Below are positions 26,235 to 38,251 of a stretch of 64,000 nucleotides of DNA, in pieces (position 1 is the first letter of the stretch; each line of letters begins with the position of its first letter). The position numbers and the translations under genes were made by a program. This DNA comes from Malacoraja senta (Eukaryota): positions 13,456,001 to 13,520,000 of the forward strand of contig CM075990.1 of NCBI GenBank assembly GCA_038087875.1. Direction: 5' to 3'. The notes below the pieces were generated by a model that saw only the letters and a list, made by a program, of their open reading frames with translations, did no database searches and was not told the origin of the DNA.

Positions 26235-26784
26235 CATAAAGGGGTCCTACTGCAGTTGTACAGGGCCCTGGTGAGACGACATCTGGAGTATTGTATGCAG
26301 TTTTGGTCTCCTAATTTGAGGAAGGACATCCTTGCTATTGAGGCAGTGCAGCGTAGCTTCACGAGTTTAATCCCCGGGATGGCGGTACTGTCATATGAGG
26401 AAAGATTGGAAAGACTGGGCTTGTATTCACTGGAATTTAGAAGGATGAGAGGGGATCTTATAGAAACGTATAAAATTATAAAAAGGACTGGACAAGCTAG
26501 ATGCAGGAAAAATGTTCCCAAAGTTGCGGGTCCAGAACCAGGGGCCACAGTCTAAGAATAAAGGGGAGACCCTTTAAAACTGAGATGAGAAAAAAACTTT
26601 TTCACCCAGAGAGTTGTAAATTTGTGGAATTCTCTGCCGCAGAAGGCAGTGGAGGCCAAATCACTGGATGGATTTAAAAAAGTTTACATAGAGCTCTAGG
26701 GGCTAGCTAGCGGAATCAAGGGATATGGGGAGAAAGCAGGATGATCAGCTCGAAGGGCCAAATGGTCTCCTCCTGCACCTATTT
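26235..26784 (+). mobile_element. CR1 LINE 3' fragment; its tail resumes at 27631-27660 after the Rex1 insertion
   Basis: Closely similar to 41318-41900; LYRALVRRHLEYCMQFWSPNLRKD. Confidence 0.9.
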
Positions 26785-27630
26785 CAATTCAATTCAATTC
26801 AATTCAATTCAACTTTAATGTCATTGCACAAATACTGAGTATGGGTACAACGAAATGCAGTTTTGCGTCAGTCCGTAGTAGTAGTGCAATATAGAAATTT
26901 TAAAAAAAAGAGGATACAGAATAATCAAAAATACAGAATAATTAACAATGGGGACGGAGGGTCCGGAGGAATCTATCGGCGGGACTCCGAGTTCAGCAAT
27001 GCGACGGTATAATTGTAGAAGCTGTTCCTCATCCTACTGGTACGAGACCTGAGGCTCCTGTACCGCCTCCCTGATGGGAGGAGGGCAAACAGTCCATGGT
27101 TGGGGTGGGAGGGGTCTTTAATGATCTTCCCAGCCCGTTTCAGACACCGTTTTTGGTGGAGGGCATCCATGGCAGGGAGCGGGGCACCGATGATGTGCTG
27201 CGCGGTTTTCACCACCCGTTGTAGTGCCTTCCTGTCCGCAACAGTGCAGCTGCTGTACCATACCGTGAAGCAGGTGGTCAGGATGCTCTCGATGGTACAG
27301 CGGTAGAAGTTGGTCAGGATCTGGGGGGACAGGTGGGCTTTCTTGAGCCTCCTCAGGAAGTAAAGGCGCTGCTGTGCCTTTTTGATCAGCTTGGAGGTGT
27401 TGAGGGACCAGGACAAATCCTCCGAGATGTGTACCCCGAGGAATTTGTAGCTGGAGACGCGCTCCACCTCAGTCCCGTTTATATGGATGGGGGTATGTCT
27501 GCCCCCTCTGACCTTCCTGAAGTCGACAATAATTTCCTTCGTCTTCTTGGAGTTGAGGACGAGGTTATTGTTGGCACACCAGGTTGTCAGGTGCTGGACC
27601 TCCTCTCTGTAGGCTGACTCATCGTTGTCA
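26785..27630 (-). mobile_element. Rex1/Babar LINE, 5'-truncated, inserted in a CR1 tail
   Basis: ORF: DESAYREEV..L..WC..NNL.LN.KKTKEIIVDFRK...KKAQQRLYFLRRL...LPSGRRYRSL. (TTGAA)n tail. TSD CTATTT at 26779-26784 and 27631-27636. Confidence 0.92.
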
Positions 27631-29799
27631 CTATTTTCTATGTTTCTATGTCTATGTTTCGATGTAAGAACATACAGAAGCCATGGATGGATCACAGCAC
27701 CTCCAAAAATGCTCACTTGCCCTGTCAAGTACCTTCTGTCTCAGCTGAGTATGCGCACATCCAAGAGAGGCTCCAGCAGCTGCAGAAATTAATAACCTTG
27801 GACTAGAGGGACTGCTTCAGAATAAGGAGAATCTGAATAAGGGTCCTGACCCAAAACACGCTTTGTCCTATCTCCCCCTGATGCTGCCTGACCCGCTGAA
27901 TTTCTTTTGCACTTTGTGATTTTCTCTAAAAGGATAATCTGTTTGAGGGAGCTTATTATGTTTAAACTGGCTGCTGAGTTTCCTACGTTACAAAAGAAAG
28001 TACTTGTACTGACTGGAAATGTGTTATAGAAAGGTGTCTTTTTTCTCAAATATGAACTAACCATTATTTTAAATCATGAAAGAATATTAACTAATATGAC
28101 ATCAGAAGTAAAATATAGTCTGCTAAATTGGTTGATAAATACATAAATATAACCAAATGACATTGCAAGGAGACTAGTCAAACTACAAAGTTTTAATTTT
28201 TTTAACGTAAAATAACGTTAAAAAAAAAGAATTTTTGCTGTTAAATGGAAGAACATGACCATTCTCTAACTGTTGCAGTGATCGAGAAATTAATCCATTG
28301 AACACCCTTTTAAAATATTGTGGATGGGAACTGCTGGAAACGCTTCAAGCATTTATACAATAATATTCACAAAGAATAAATTCAAGGTCACTAGAAATGT
28401 TCTATGTTAATGCTCATCCTATTCTTTGCTCAAAGGAACATCGACTAATATAAAAAGGCAAATATAATATGCTCTGGTAGATCAATAGAGGGAAGGGTGA
28501 GATTAAAGAGGGAATGTACTAGGTCCTGGGGGAATGCTGTCTGTTCAAAACAATTCCCTGGTGTAATGAGAACAGTCATGCTCAATAATATTGATTGTAA
28601 AAAAAACAATAACATTTATTACTCCCATAGAAAGCAACTCACCCAGTCATCTTGTTGCTAAGTCACACTGTGGTGATAATGATAGTGAAGTAAGCCAATT
28701 GATCGCAGTTTGAGTTTTGTCTTAAAATTAGCTTGTATTTTCAGAAATGCTGTTGATTCAGGACGGATATCATACTGGTGGGGTATGCCTGATCCCCTAT
28801 AAAATACATGTTGTCCTGCGGTTAGCATGGTTCTTAATTTGGGTGAAGAGTAATTTTACAAGCTCCACAGTGTTTCTGGTCTGCAAAGCATGATGCTTCC
28901 CCCTGCCAGTTACATAACAATCACTTCATTCAGAAGTGCCCGCTCCTGTTCAACATTTCCTTCAGAAACACATTAGAGACCAAACACTTGGCAGAAAAGG
29001 ACACTTAACCTTTCCCCCTGCCATTCATTGGTGCTACATACTGTTCTTACAGTTCATTCTTTCTCCATTAGCGATGAAACTGGACAATCCAACAGTTTAT
29101 CCTAACTTTATAATTAAAATGATAGGAGCCACTGTGTTTACAAGTTTTGCTCCATATTAGTTGATTCAACAGGGTGGCTAATTGCCACACTCCCATTTTA
29201 ATTCAACACACAAGAGTATGTCTGAACTGTTAATTGAAGTACCAGTGTTTAACAAACTCCTTCATTCTGATGCTTCCAGTAGGGGTCAGTTGCTTCCAAG
29301 AGCGAGAGTTGATTAAGAAAAAGAGTGCTAGAATCATGCAGAATGGAAACAGGCCCATCAGCCTGACTCATCTATGCCAATTAAGGTGCCCATCTAAGCT
29401 AGTCTTATTTGCCCGCATTGACCTGTTTTGCTCCAAACCTTTATTATCCATGCACCTGTCCAAATGCCTTTGAATTGCTGTTATTGTGCTACTTCAATCA
29501 CTTCCTCCAGTAGCTCCAGTAAACATTTCCTAGTAAATGTTTCCACTTCCATCTTAAACCTTTGCCCTCATTCCCCCCCCCCCCCCTCATTCTAGTTCTT
29601 GTGATATGAGCTGTGGCATCACTGTGAACTGGTGGTTCCTCGGAATGTCATTCTGACTGGGAGTGTGTGAATGTGGAATTCTTTGTCCCCAAGGTATACT
29701 TAGTTCACAGTATATGGAGAAAATACAACCCGGACAGTTTTTCATTCTATTCATTGTACCATCAGTTCATGCATTTGGAATATTTTCAGTTTGCATTTG

Positions 29800-30168
29800 C
29801 AGTTCTGGTCACTACTGGAAGGATGTGGAGGCCTTGGAGAGGGTGCAGAAGAGGTTTGCTAGAATGATGCATGGATTAGGGGGCAAGAGCTTGGACAATC
29901 TTGGATTGTTTACTTCGGAAGCCAGAGGTTGAGGGGAGACCTGATAAGGTATATAAAATTACGGGAGACATAGATGGGGTATTTTATGGGACAGAACCTG
30001 TCCTAGCCTGAAACGTGCTGCTGCGGTGGTGGTGGAGGCAGATACATAATAGTGAACATGGATATGCAGGGAATAGAAGGATGTGTGCAGGCAGATAAGA
30101 GATGGCCTTGGCACAGACATTGTGGACTGAAGGACCTGTTAACTGTGCTGTACTATTTTCTATGTTTT
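29800..30168 (+). mobile_element. CR1 LINE 3' fragment (older)
   Basis: HYWKDVEALERVQKRFARMM.GL; 3' hairpin and TTCTATGT. Confidence 0.7.
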
Positions 30169-30192
30169 AGAGCTGCTATACTGCATTAGATT

Positions 30193-30797
30193 TTGCAACC
30201 GCAAGAGATGGAACACTTGTCCCTTCACCTCCCCCCTCGACTCCATTCAAGGACCTAAGCAGTCGTTCCAGGTGCGACAGAGGTTCACCTGCATCTCCTC
30301 CAACCTCATCTATTGCATCCGCTGCTCTAGATGCCAGCTGATCTACATCGGTGAGACCAAGCGGAGGCTTGGCGATCGTTTCGCCGAACACCTCCGGTCG
30401 GTCCGCAATAACCAACCTGACCTCCCGGTGGCTCAGCACTTCAACTCCCCCTCCCATTCTGTATCTGACCTCTCGGTCCTGGGTCTCCTCCATGGCCACA
30501 GCGAGCAACACCGGAAATTGGAGGAAATGCACCTCATATTCTGCTTGGGCAGTCTACATCCTGGGGGCTTGAACATTGAATTCTCCCAATTCTGCTAGCC
30601 CTTGCTGTCCCCTCCCCTTCATCAGCCCTCTGGTTGTCTCCTCCCCTCCCCCAGCTCTCGGGCTCCTCCTCCGCCTTTCTTCCTTTCTTCTCCCCACCCC
30701 CTATCAGTCTGAAGAAGGGTTTTGGCCCGAAACGTTGCCTATTTCCTTCGCTCCATAGATGCTGCTGCACCCGCTGAGTTTCTCCAGCATTTTTTTG
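30193..30797 (+). mobile_element. Penelope-like element, 5'-truncated (GIY-YIG endonuclease plus pLTR with hammerhead core)
   Basis: ORF 30272-30598: FTCISSNLIYCIRCSRCQLIYIGETKRRLGDRFAEH...HFN...GLN. HHR core at 30709-30736. 16-bp TSD TATACTGCATTAGATT at 30177-30192 and 30798-30813. Confidence 0.92.
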
Positions 30798-31994
30798 TAT
30801 ACTGCATTAGATTGTTCTGTTTGTAACTTGTGGAAATTTACCTTGCATTCCCCCAAAAACATCAGAGGTGCCATTTTTCAGATGAGAGTAAAATAAGGGT
30901 CTGTCTTCAATCTTTCAACAAAAGTTCTCCTGATACTTATTTCAGAAACTAGATTGCTAAAATAGATATTCTGGTTGTCACATTAATCTTTGTGAGATCT
31001 CATCATTCCCTAATTAGCTGTTAATGTTTGTGCATTCTAACCGTAACTACACTTAAAGTACTTCGTTGATTGTGGAGTGCCTTGACAAAACCTATATTTG
31101 AGTAACGCACCTTACAGATTGAAGGCTTTATCTTTAAGTATAGAGAGAAGATAGGTTAATATTTCTGGTGGAGAATCTTTTGTCTTAATTATTCTAATAA
31201 AGGTTTCACACCAAAGCTCTGATAAATTAATTGCATTAAAATATAACCAATCTTTTCCCCTTTCCAGTATTTGCTTGTTTATTTCTCCTTTTTATCCTTA
31301 TGCTAAATCCCCTTTGGCTAAAGTGTTTGAATATGATACTAACAATTGTGACCCCTATAACGATGCCTCCCCATTAATAAAAATTGATGTTGTAAGACAG
31401 AAAATCCCTCTAGTTTAAAGATTTTACAAGATCCTATTAAAAATTTAGAGGATATAGAGGCTAAACAATACATCAAATGGCTGTCCTTTTCAAGGTATGT
31501 TTTCTGTCTGTATATATAAATAATCTGAATGAAGTAGACACTAACACTGAAAATCTCATTTGGGGTCAGCTTTAGCTGAACTTTGAAAGCATTGGATTTC
31601 TCCCTGCCCTGTTCTTGCCTGGGACTGACCCAGCATATCATCTTCAAATCAATGCCTGGGTCCCTTTCTGTTTTAACCCAACTATCTATCGACCGGTGCT
31701 CACAAAAAAACCTCAGGCTTCCTTGATCATATTATATATCTGCTGGGAAATCAATATGGGCAATTTTAAAATATAAGGGAGAAAGAAAAATGCCTCCATC
31801 CCATTCACAGCTGAATGAAACCTTATCCAACAGGGGTTGAACAGGCACAGATGGCTGGTGAGCTCTGAAGGTGGCACTCCTGAGCTTGCGGAATCACAAT
31901 GTTGAGTTTGAAGGCTGTGGATTTAAGCCCTGATCTAAGATTTGCATGTAAAATTTGGCCAGGACAGTGAGGGCATTTAAAAAAGCAGAATGTT

Positions 31995-32791
31995 AAAGAA
32001 GGAACTGCAGATGCTGGAAAATCGAAGGTACACAAAAATGCTGGAGAAACTCAGCGGGTGCAGCAGCATCTATGGAGCGAAGGAAACAGGTAACGTTTCG
32101 GGCCGAAACCCTTCTTCAGACTGATAGGGGGTGGGGAGAAGAAAGGAAAAAAGGAAAAAGGCAGAGGAGGAGCCCGAGGGCTGGGGGAGGGGAGGAGACA
32201 ACCAGATGGCTGATGAAGGGGAGGGGACAGCAAGGGCTAGCAGAATTGGGAGAATTCAATGTTCAAACCCCCAGGATGTAGACTGCCCAAGCGGAATATG
32301 AGGTGCATTTCCTCCAATTTAGTGGAGTTCAGGTTGAGACCAAGCGGAGGCTTGGCGATTGTTTCGCCGAACACCTCCGGTCGGTCCGCAATAACCAACC
32401 TGAACTCCCGGTGGCTCAGCACTTCAACTCCCCCTCCCATTCCGTATCTGACCTCTCTGTCCTGGGTCTCCTCCATGGCCACAGCGAGCAACACCGTAAA
32501 TTGGAGGAAATGCACCTCATATTCCGCTTGGGCAGTCTACATCCTGGGGGTTTGAACATTGAATTCTCCCAATTCTGCTAGCCCTTGCTGTCCCCTCCCC
32601 TTCATCAGCCATCTGGTTGTCTCCTCCCCTCCCCCAGCCCTCGGGCTCCTCCTCTGCCTTTTTCCTTTTTTCCTTTCTTCTCCCCACCCCCTATCAGTCT
32701 GAAGAAGGGTTTCGGCCCGAAACGTTACCTGTTTCCTTCGCTCCATAGATGCTGCTGCACCCGCTGAGTTTCTCCAGCATTTTTGTGTACC
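31995..32791 (+). mobile_element. Penelope-like element with an inverted pLTR (fold-back)
   Basis: About 295-bp inverted arms (~32026-32321 and ~32497-32792) with a GIY-YIG C-terminus between them. 17-bp TSD TAAAAAAGCAGAATGTT at 31978-31994 and 32792-32808. Confidence 0.92.
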
Positions 32792-33749
32792 TAAAAAAGC
32801 AGAATGTTGTCCACAAGCTATTCTGGGACAGTTTCTTCCCAGCTGTTATCAGGCAACTGAATCATCCTTCTACAACCAGAGAGCAGTTCTGAAGTATTAT
32901 CCACCCCATTGGTGACCATCGGACTATCCTTGATTGGACTTTGCTGGCTTTACCTTGCACTAAACGTTATTCCATTATCATGTATCTATACACTGTAAAT
33001 GGCCCGATTGTAATCATGTATTATTTTTCTGCTGACTAGATAGCATGCAACAAAAGCTTTTCTCTGTACCTCGGTACACGTGACAATAAACTAAACTGAT
33101 AAACTGAAGCTAATATATTACTTTAGTCCATTTAGGACTATTATTACAAGCTGCCTACCTTGGAAAATTATTGGACATTTACCTCAGATGTAATAGCTGC
33201 ATTTTTCTCTATGAACAGTAATACCTTCACTTTAAAGTAATCCATTGTAAGTGAAACACTGAATATTTTAAGTGAGAAGTGATTAAATTGAACAGCTAAA
33301 ATCTGTTCTAAAGTTTATATTTTATTTTCCTGTTGTTCTTCCTGAATATAGCCACTATGTGGCAATGTAATAAAGTTTCTAAGATAAAATTCCATCGATT
33401 GTCTAACTCTGCCAAGACTGCAATGGTCAGACTCACGCCAAAACTGTGTCATTAAATTTATTCGATTTTCCTCTGCAAACGCCTCATAGATTGTCATATG
33501 CCTCTACACTAAGCCAATTATGTAGATCAAAAGCATAATAATATTCCATTTATTAGCCATGGTTGTGTGTTTTATAAATTACAATTCTCAATCTTTTTGC
33601 CAAGGTATAAATTCTCCAATCGTATGGAAAGGAGTTTGGTTCACAAGATAGTGTTGGAATGACTTAGTTCAGTCTTATACCTATATACCCCATTGGGGCT
33701 CTGCATATACTGAATTTATCCTTGTTTTCCATAAAAACTTTGGTAATAG

Positions 33750-34370
33750 TGTTGATATTGGTTTATTATTGTGAAATGTAGTGAGATACATGAAAAAAAA
33801 TCTTGTAGGTTATCTAGCCAAATCACACTAAACATGAGTACAATCAAACCATACACAACAGGTAATGTAAAGAGAAAAATAAATAGAATATAGTTTGTAA
33901 TATTACGGTTGCAGAGAAAGTGCAAATTTAAAAAAGGTGCAAGGGCCATAATGCGGTAAATTAACAGATTGGGACTAAATCTTTAGTTTATAAGATCTAT
34001 TTAATAGTCTGATAACAGCCTGATAACAGCGAGCAAGAAACTGTTCGTTAATTTGGTAGATCTGCTTTCAAGCCTTTTTATCTTCTACCCAATGGGAAAA
34101 GAGAGAAGAGGGAATGATCAGGGTGTAAATGTCCCTTGATTATGTTGGCTGTTTTCCTGAGGCAGCATGAAGTGGAGGTGGTCGATCAGGGAAGGCTGGT
34201 TTGCATAATGGACGTGGCTACATCCTCAGCTCTTTTCAATTTTTGGAGGTCATGGGCAAGGGGTTGCCAAAGCAAGTTATGATGCATCCTGATAGGATGG
34301 TCTCTGGTGCATCTGAGGACATTGGTAAGAATCATTGGAGACATGCCGAATTTCAAAGGCCTTCTGAAAG
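33750..34370 (-). mobile_element. Old Rex1/Babar LINE fragment
   Basis: Reverse complement of the Rex1 3' region. Similar pieces lie at 3680-3858, 9195-9530 and 14850-15420. Confidence 0.6.
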
Positions 34371-34819
34371 TCTAGGTGAACAACACCCACTGAGTCTCCT
34401 TTGTATATCCTGCTATTTATTTTCTGAAAAAATTCCAACAGATTTGCCAGGCAAGATAATCCCTTCACAAAACCATGCTGACTTCGACCTATTTTATCAT
34501 GTGCTTCCAAGTACTCGCAAATCTCATCCTTAATAATGGTGATGTCATCTGCAAACTTAGAAATGGAGTTAGAATAGAATTTGGCTGCACGGTAGTGAGC
34601 GTATACGGACTAGGGAACGGGGCCGAGTGTCCATTACTTGTCCCCACTTGTCCTGAACCAAACACATCGATTTAAATCTCGGCTGATGCTACACTTCTTT
34701 GAAGTCAAAATCTAAATTCAACCTATTCCATCCACAGCATTGCAGATGGGTAGGTTAGATTTAAATTGGGGCTTTAAATTTTCTTTAAAACACCCTAATT
34801 AGTTGTGCACAGTATGTTG

Positions 34820-35296
34820 TGCACATCGTGGCTTGGTTCGGCAACTTGAGTGCCCTGGAGAGGAAAAGACTACAAAAAGTAGTAAACACTGCCCAGTCCA
34901 TCATCGGCTCTGACCTCCCTTCCATCGAGGCGATCTACCACAGTCGCTGCCTCAAAAAGGCTGGCAGCATCATCAAGGACCCACACCATCCTGGCCACAC
35001 ACTCATCTCCCTATTACCTTCAGGTAGAAGGTACAGGAGCCTGAAGACTGCAACGACCAGGTTCAGGAACAGCTACTTCCCCACAGCCATCAGGCTATTA
35101 AACCTGGCTTGGACATAACACTGAACTTTATTAGCCAATACTGTTATTTGCACTTTATCAGTATATTGACCATTGTGTATATATTTATAGAATGCCTTGT
35201 AGTAAATGCCTACTATGTTCTGTTGTGCTCAAGCAAAGCAAGAATTTCATTGTCCTACCAGGGACACATGACAATAAACTCACTTGACTTGACTTG
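34820..35296 (+). mobile_element. Rex1/Babar LINE 3' fragment
   Basis: WFGN...RKRLQKVVNTAQ.IIG..LPS...IIKDPHHPGH...LLPSGRRYRSL; (CTTGA)n tail. Confidence 0.85.
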
Positions 35297-35682
35297 TACA
35301 TATTCTCAGCTATTTTTGCTGAGTTTTGTGGTTCATTGTTAATAACCTTTTTTTACATTCACCTAAAAAAGAAACTACTCTTCTATTCTTTAAATCCTTA
35401 TCATGTTCTAAATAGTTCAATCAGATCACCTCAGTCTCTTCATCTCCAGAAAATATAATAAAAATATCATTGTATTTCTTTAATTGGCATTCTACATTTC
35501 TTTCTTTCTGCGTCTGTAGTCTTTTCTTTCTCACTGGACCTTTTTGTCTGGAAACTATGTGTTCAGACCACAACTTGGAGTTGAGAACATAATTTCAGTG
35601 AACCATTAATGTAGTACAGAGAGATTACTGCATAGTCAGACTGTTATCCTTTATCCTTCAGACAAAACAAAAATCTCCTGAG

Positions 35683-35871
35683 TAAGAAGGAATTGCAGAT
35701 GCTGTTCTGAACCAAAGATAGACACAAACGCTGGAGTAACTCAGCGGGACAGGCAGCATCTATGGAGAGAAGGAATGGGTGACGTTTGAGATGGCCGGAA
35801 GAAGGGTCTCGACCTGAAAGGTCACCCATTCCTTCTCTCCAGAGATGCTGCCTGTCCCGCTGAGTTACTCC
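35683..35871. mobile_element. Penelope-derived hairpin element
   Basis: Inverted arms of the same family; degenerate core. Confidence 0.8.
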
Positions 35872-35874
35872 CGT

Positions 35875-36110
35875 TTTTTTTTTTTTTTTTTTTTTAATTA
35901 AAAAAATATATATATATTTTATTGAACATGTTAAAAAAAATATACAAACACAAATAAACTTATAAGCAATAAAAAAGAAAATAAAACACAAAGGAAAACA
36001 AACAAATAAGTAACTCAAATAATACAAATAATATCGTTCATGTTCAAAAGGGGAAAGAAGAAGTTCGAAACTTTTCTGGTCCTACCCCCTCTTATTTTCT
36101 ATACATAGGT
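35875..36110 (-). mobile_element. Short L2/Crack-type 3' end with A-rich tail
   Basis: TTCAAAAGGGGAAAGAAGAAG resembles the 52043-52065 3' motif of the LINE inside the Tc1; poly-T on the plus strand. Confidence 0.5.
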
Positions 36111-36875
36111 TTTGTGACTATCTAAGAAAAAAACTATCCTATTGTTTCAGACTGGTTAATGGCCCACTGGGCAATTTTTAGGATTCGTCTGCCTCATCCA
36201 ACCCACATTCATTCCTCAGTGAACCCCAGCAAACGGAATTTGGAAAACTGGTATTTGTGATATTCTGTTGCACAATTGCTTCTCATACCGAACAAATCAC
36301 TGCACTTAAATGTAATTTGTTATTTATAGAGTGGTTTGAGATGTACAACGGTTCTAAACTCTGCTCATATTTCATCAGTTTGCTCTCTTTTTTTGTTTCA
36401 TTGTTAAAAACTAAGATTCTTAAGAAGCTCCAGAGGTTTTTTTTGAGGCATTGAGAAAAACCTCATGGCAACTCACAGTTCTGTGAAAAACTTCAGATAT
36501 GCAAAGCAGAACCGTTGACTGGAAATAATTAAGGCTATATTTAAAAATTGCAATCATAATTCAATGGTCATTAATCTTATGACTATTTAAAACTTAATTT
36601 CATTATTTGACTTACAAAATGAGACTGTCAGATAAAAATGGCTTAAGCAGAGTGAACTTCTCTTCAATTAAATAAAAAGGCAGATTGGTTATTGCTAATT
36701 GATTTTAATATAAATTATTGGTTATGATTAATCACATAAGTTTTCAGCGTAATGTGTAGGCTCACTAATTGACGGTATTCGAGTTCACAATGTTGAAGAC
36801 CAGTCTTGAAGAATGAAGCATGGTTGGTGGAGCTCAGAACTAGACATCTCCACTGACATTATCCTCCCGGATAAT

Positions 36876-37000
36876 CTTCTTCTTGTGTATGGCGTGCACA
36901 GCCAACTTGTTCTATTTGATCTTATTTGATTGTGCACGCCGGGTTGATTGCATTAGTCGAAACAGGACAGACCACGTGAAGGTTGCAATCTCCCGCCCCT
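36876..37000 (-). mobile_element. Ribozyme-headed short non-autonomous retroposon (SINE/SIDE-like) with (AAG)n tail
   Basis: 12-bp TSD CTCCCGGATAAT at 36864-36875 and 37001-37012. 5' HDV-like ribozyme, internal 10-bp stem GGCGTGCACA/TGTGCACGCC, 3' AAGAAGAAG tail. Confidence 0.8.
36946..36999 (-). ncRNA. Minimal HDV-like (CPEB3-type) self-cleaving ribozyme, predicted
   Basis: Minus strand reads GGGGCGG-GA-GATTGCA-ACC-TTCACGT-GGT-CTGTCCT-G-TTTCGA-CTAA-TGCAATC, i.e. P1-J1/2-P2-P3-L3-P3'-P1'-G-tiny P4-C(catalytic)TAA-P2'. P2 is a perfect 7 bp, P3 is 3 bp, and P1 is 7 bp including the G1-U wobble. Confidence 0.8.
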
Positions 37001-37212
37001 CTCCCGGATAATGAAAGGCCTAGATAGAGTGGACATGGAATGGATGATTCCAGTAATGGGACAGTCTAGAACCAGAGAGCACAGCCTCAGAATAAAATGA
37101 CCTATATTTGGAATGGATCCCATCCATCCATCCATCCATCAGGACCCACACCATCCTGGCCACACACTCATCTCACCATTGACATCAGGAAGAAGGTACA
37201 GGAGCCTGTAAA

Positions 37213-38251
37213 TAGCAATGTTACAAAATTTTGAGATTTTAAAAATAAAGTCTGCAATTTATCCCATCAGATAAAGCATAAAAAGAAGTTTAATTTGACA
37301 CCTAATTCACTTTCATATCTTCAGTATTAAAGAAGTTATGGCCATTTACATACTCGGAAATTAGCATCTTGTTCCCCATTGCTTTTCCATTGACTTAACA
37401 CAAAAGCTGTGATCGAGGACAGTTAAAAGCCCATGACTTTCTTAAAAATTAAGATAACTGAAAGAAATTTTCAGTTATTATAGATTGAAGCATTCTGAAA
37501 CAAATATGAAACAATCTTACTTAGAAGACATGAAATTAAAGCATATAATTAGTTAGTTACCTAATTGTAGCTAATTACAAAATTCAATTACTAGATCTAA
37601 ACATCTATCAATTTCTTAAGAATAGATTAACATTTTTAAATAGCCTAAGTGTCCAAATAACATTCACACAATAATTCACAATATAACATAATTTTTAAAT
37701 CTAATTTTCATGAATTTACAGGCCAAATGGAAGGAATTGAATGTTTAATACCTGTAAATTAATGGGGATTTAAATCTTGTGAGTGAGGATTTCTGGAACG
37801 CGATCATTTGGAACGTTCATTTGGCGGTGAATTTAACCCCGTATTGGCATGAAAAATACTGCCGTTAATTCGGGGAATAAAATCACCGTGTCGCATGGAA
37901 AAATGTGAATTAAAGGCTTCTTAAGAAGCACTTTTATACATTTAAAGAAACCACTTTCGTTTACCTGTCCCGTGTGTGAAATCCGTCCCCGTTATCGGCA
38001 TTGATGCTTCAGGAGCTGATTTTAAAATTACTCTAGCGCTGACATTGACGATTTAATAAAAATAAAAAATACACAAAAGGCCACTAGGAACGATTTGTCA
38101 GCCAACGCTTGTACTCCAACAAAATATTAACCAGGACAAGGGAGGAGAAACCCGCGTTTTAACCCCGCCCCCCCTTAAAGGCGCCAAAATCGCGCACACG
38201 GCCAGTGGCAGAATTACAGCGCGACTGAAGGTAAGTTTTGTAACATACCTA
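37213..38251. mobile_element. Non-autonomous TIR DNA transposon (hAT-like termini, 7-bp TSD) inserted in a Rex1 fragment
   Basis: Ends TAGCAATGTTACAAAA and TTTTGTAACATACCTA are imperfect inverted repeats. CTGTAAA is duplicated at 37206-37212 and 38252-38258. The flanks rejoin into a continuous Rex1 3' sequence (compare 35030-35075). Confidence 0.8.
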
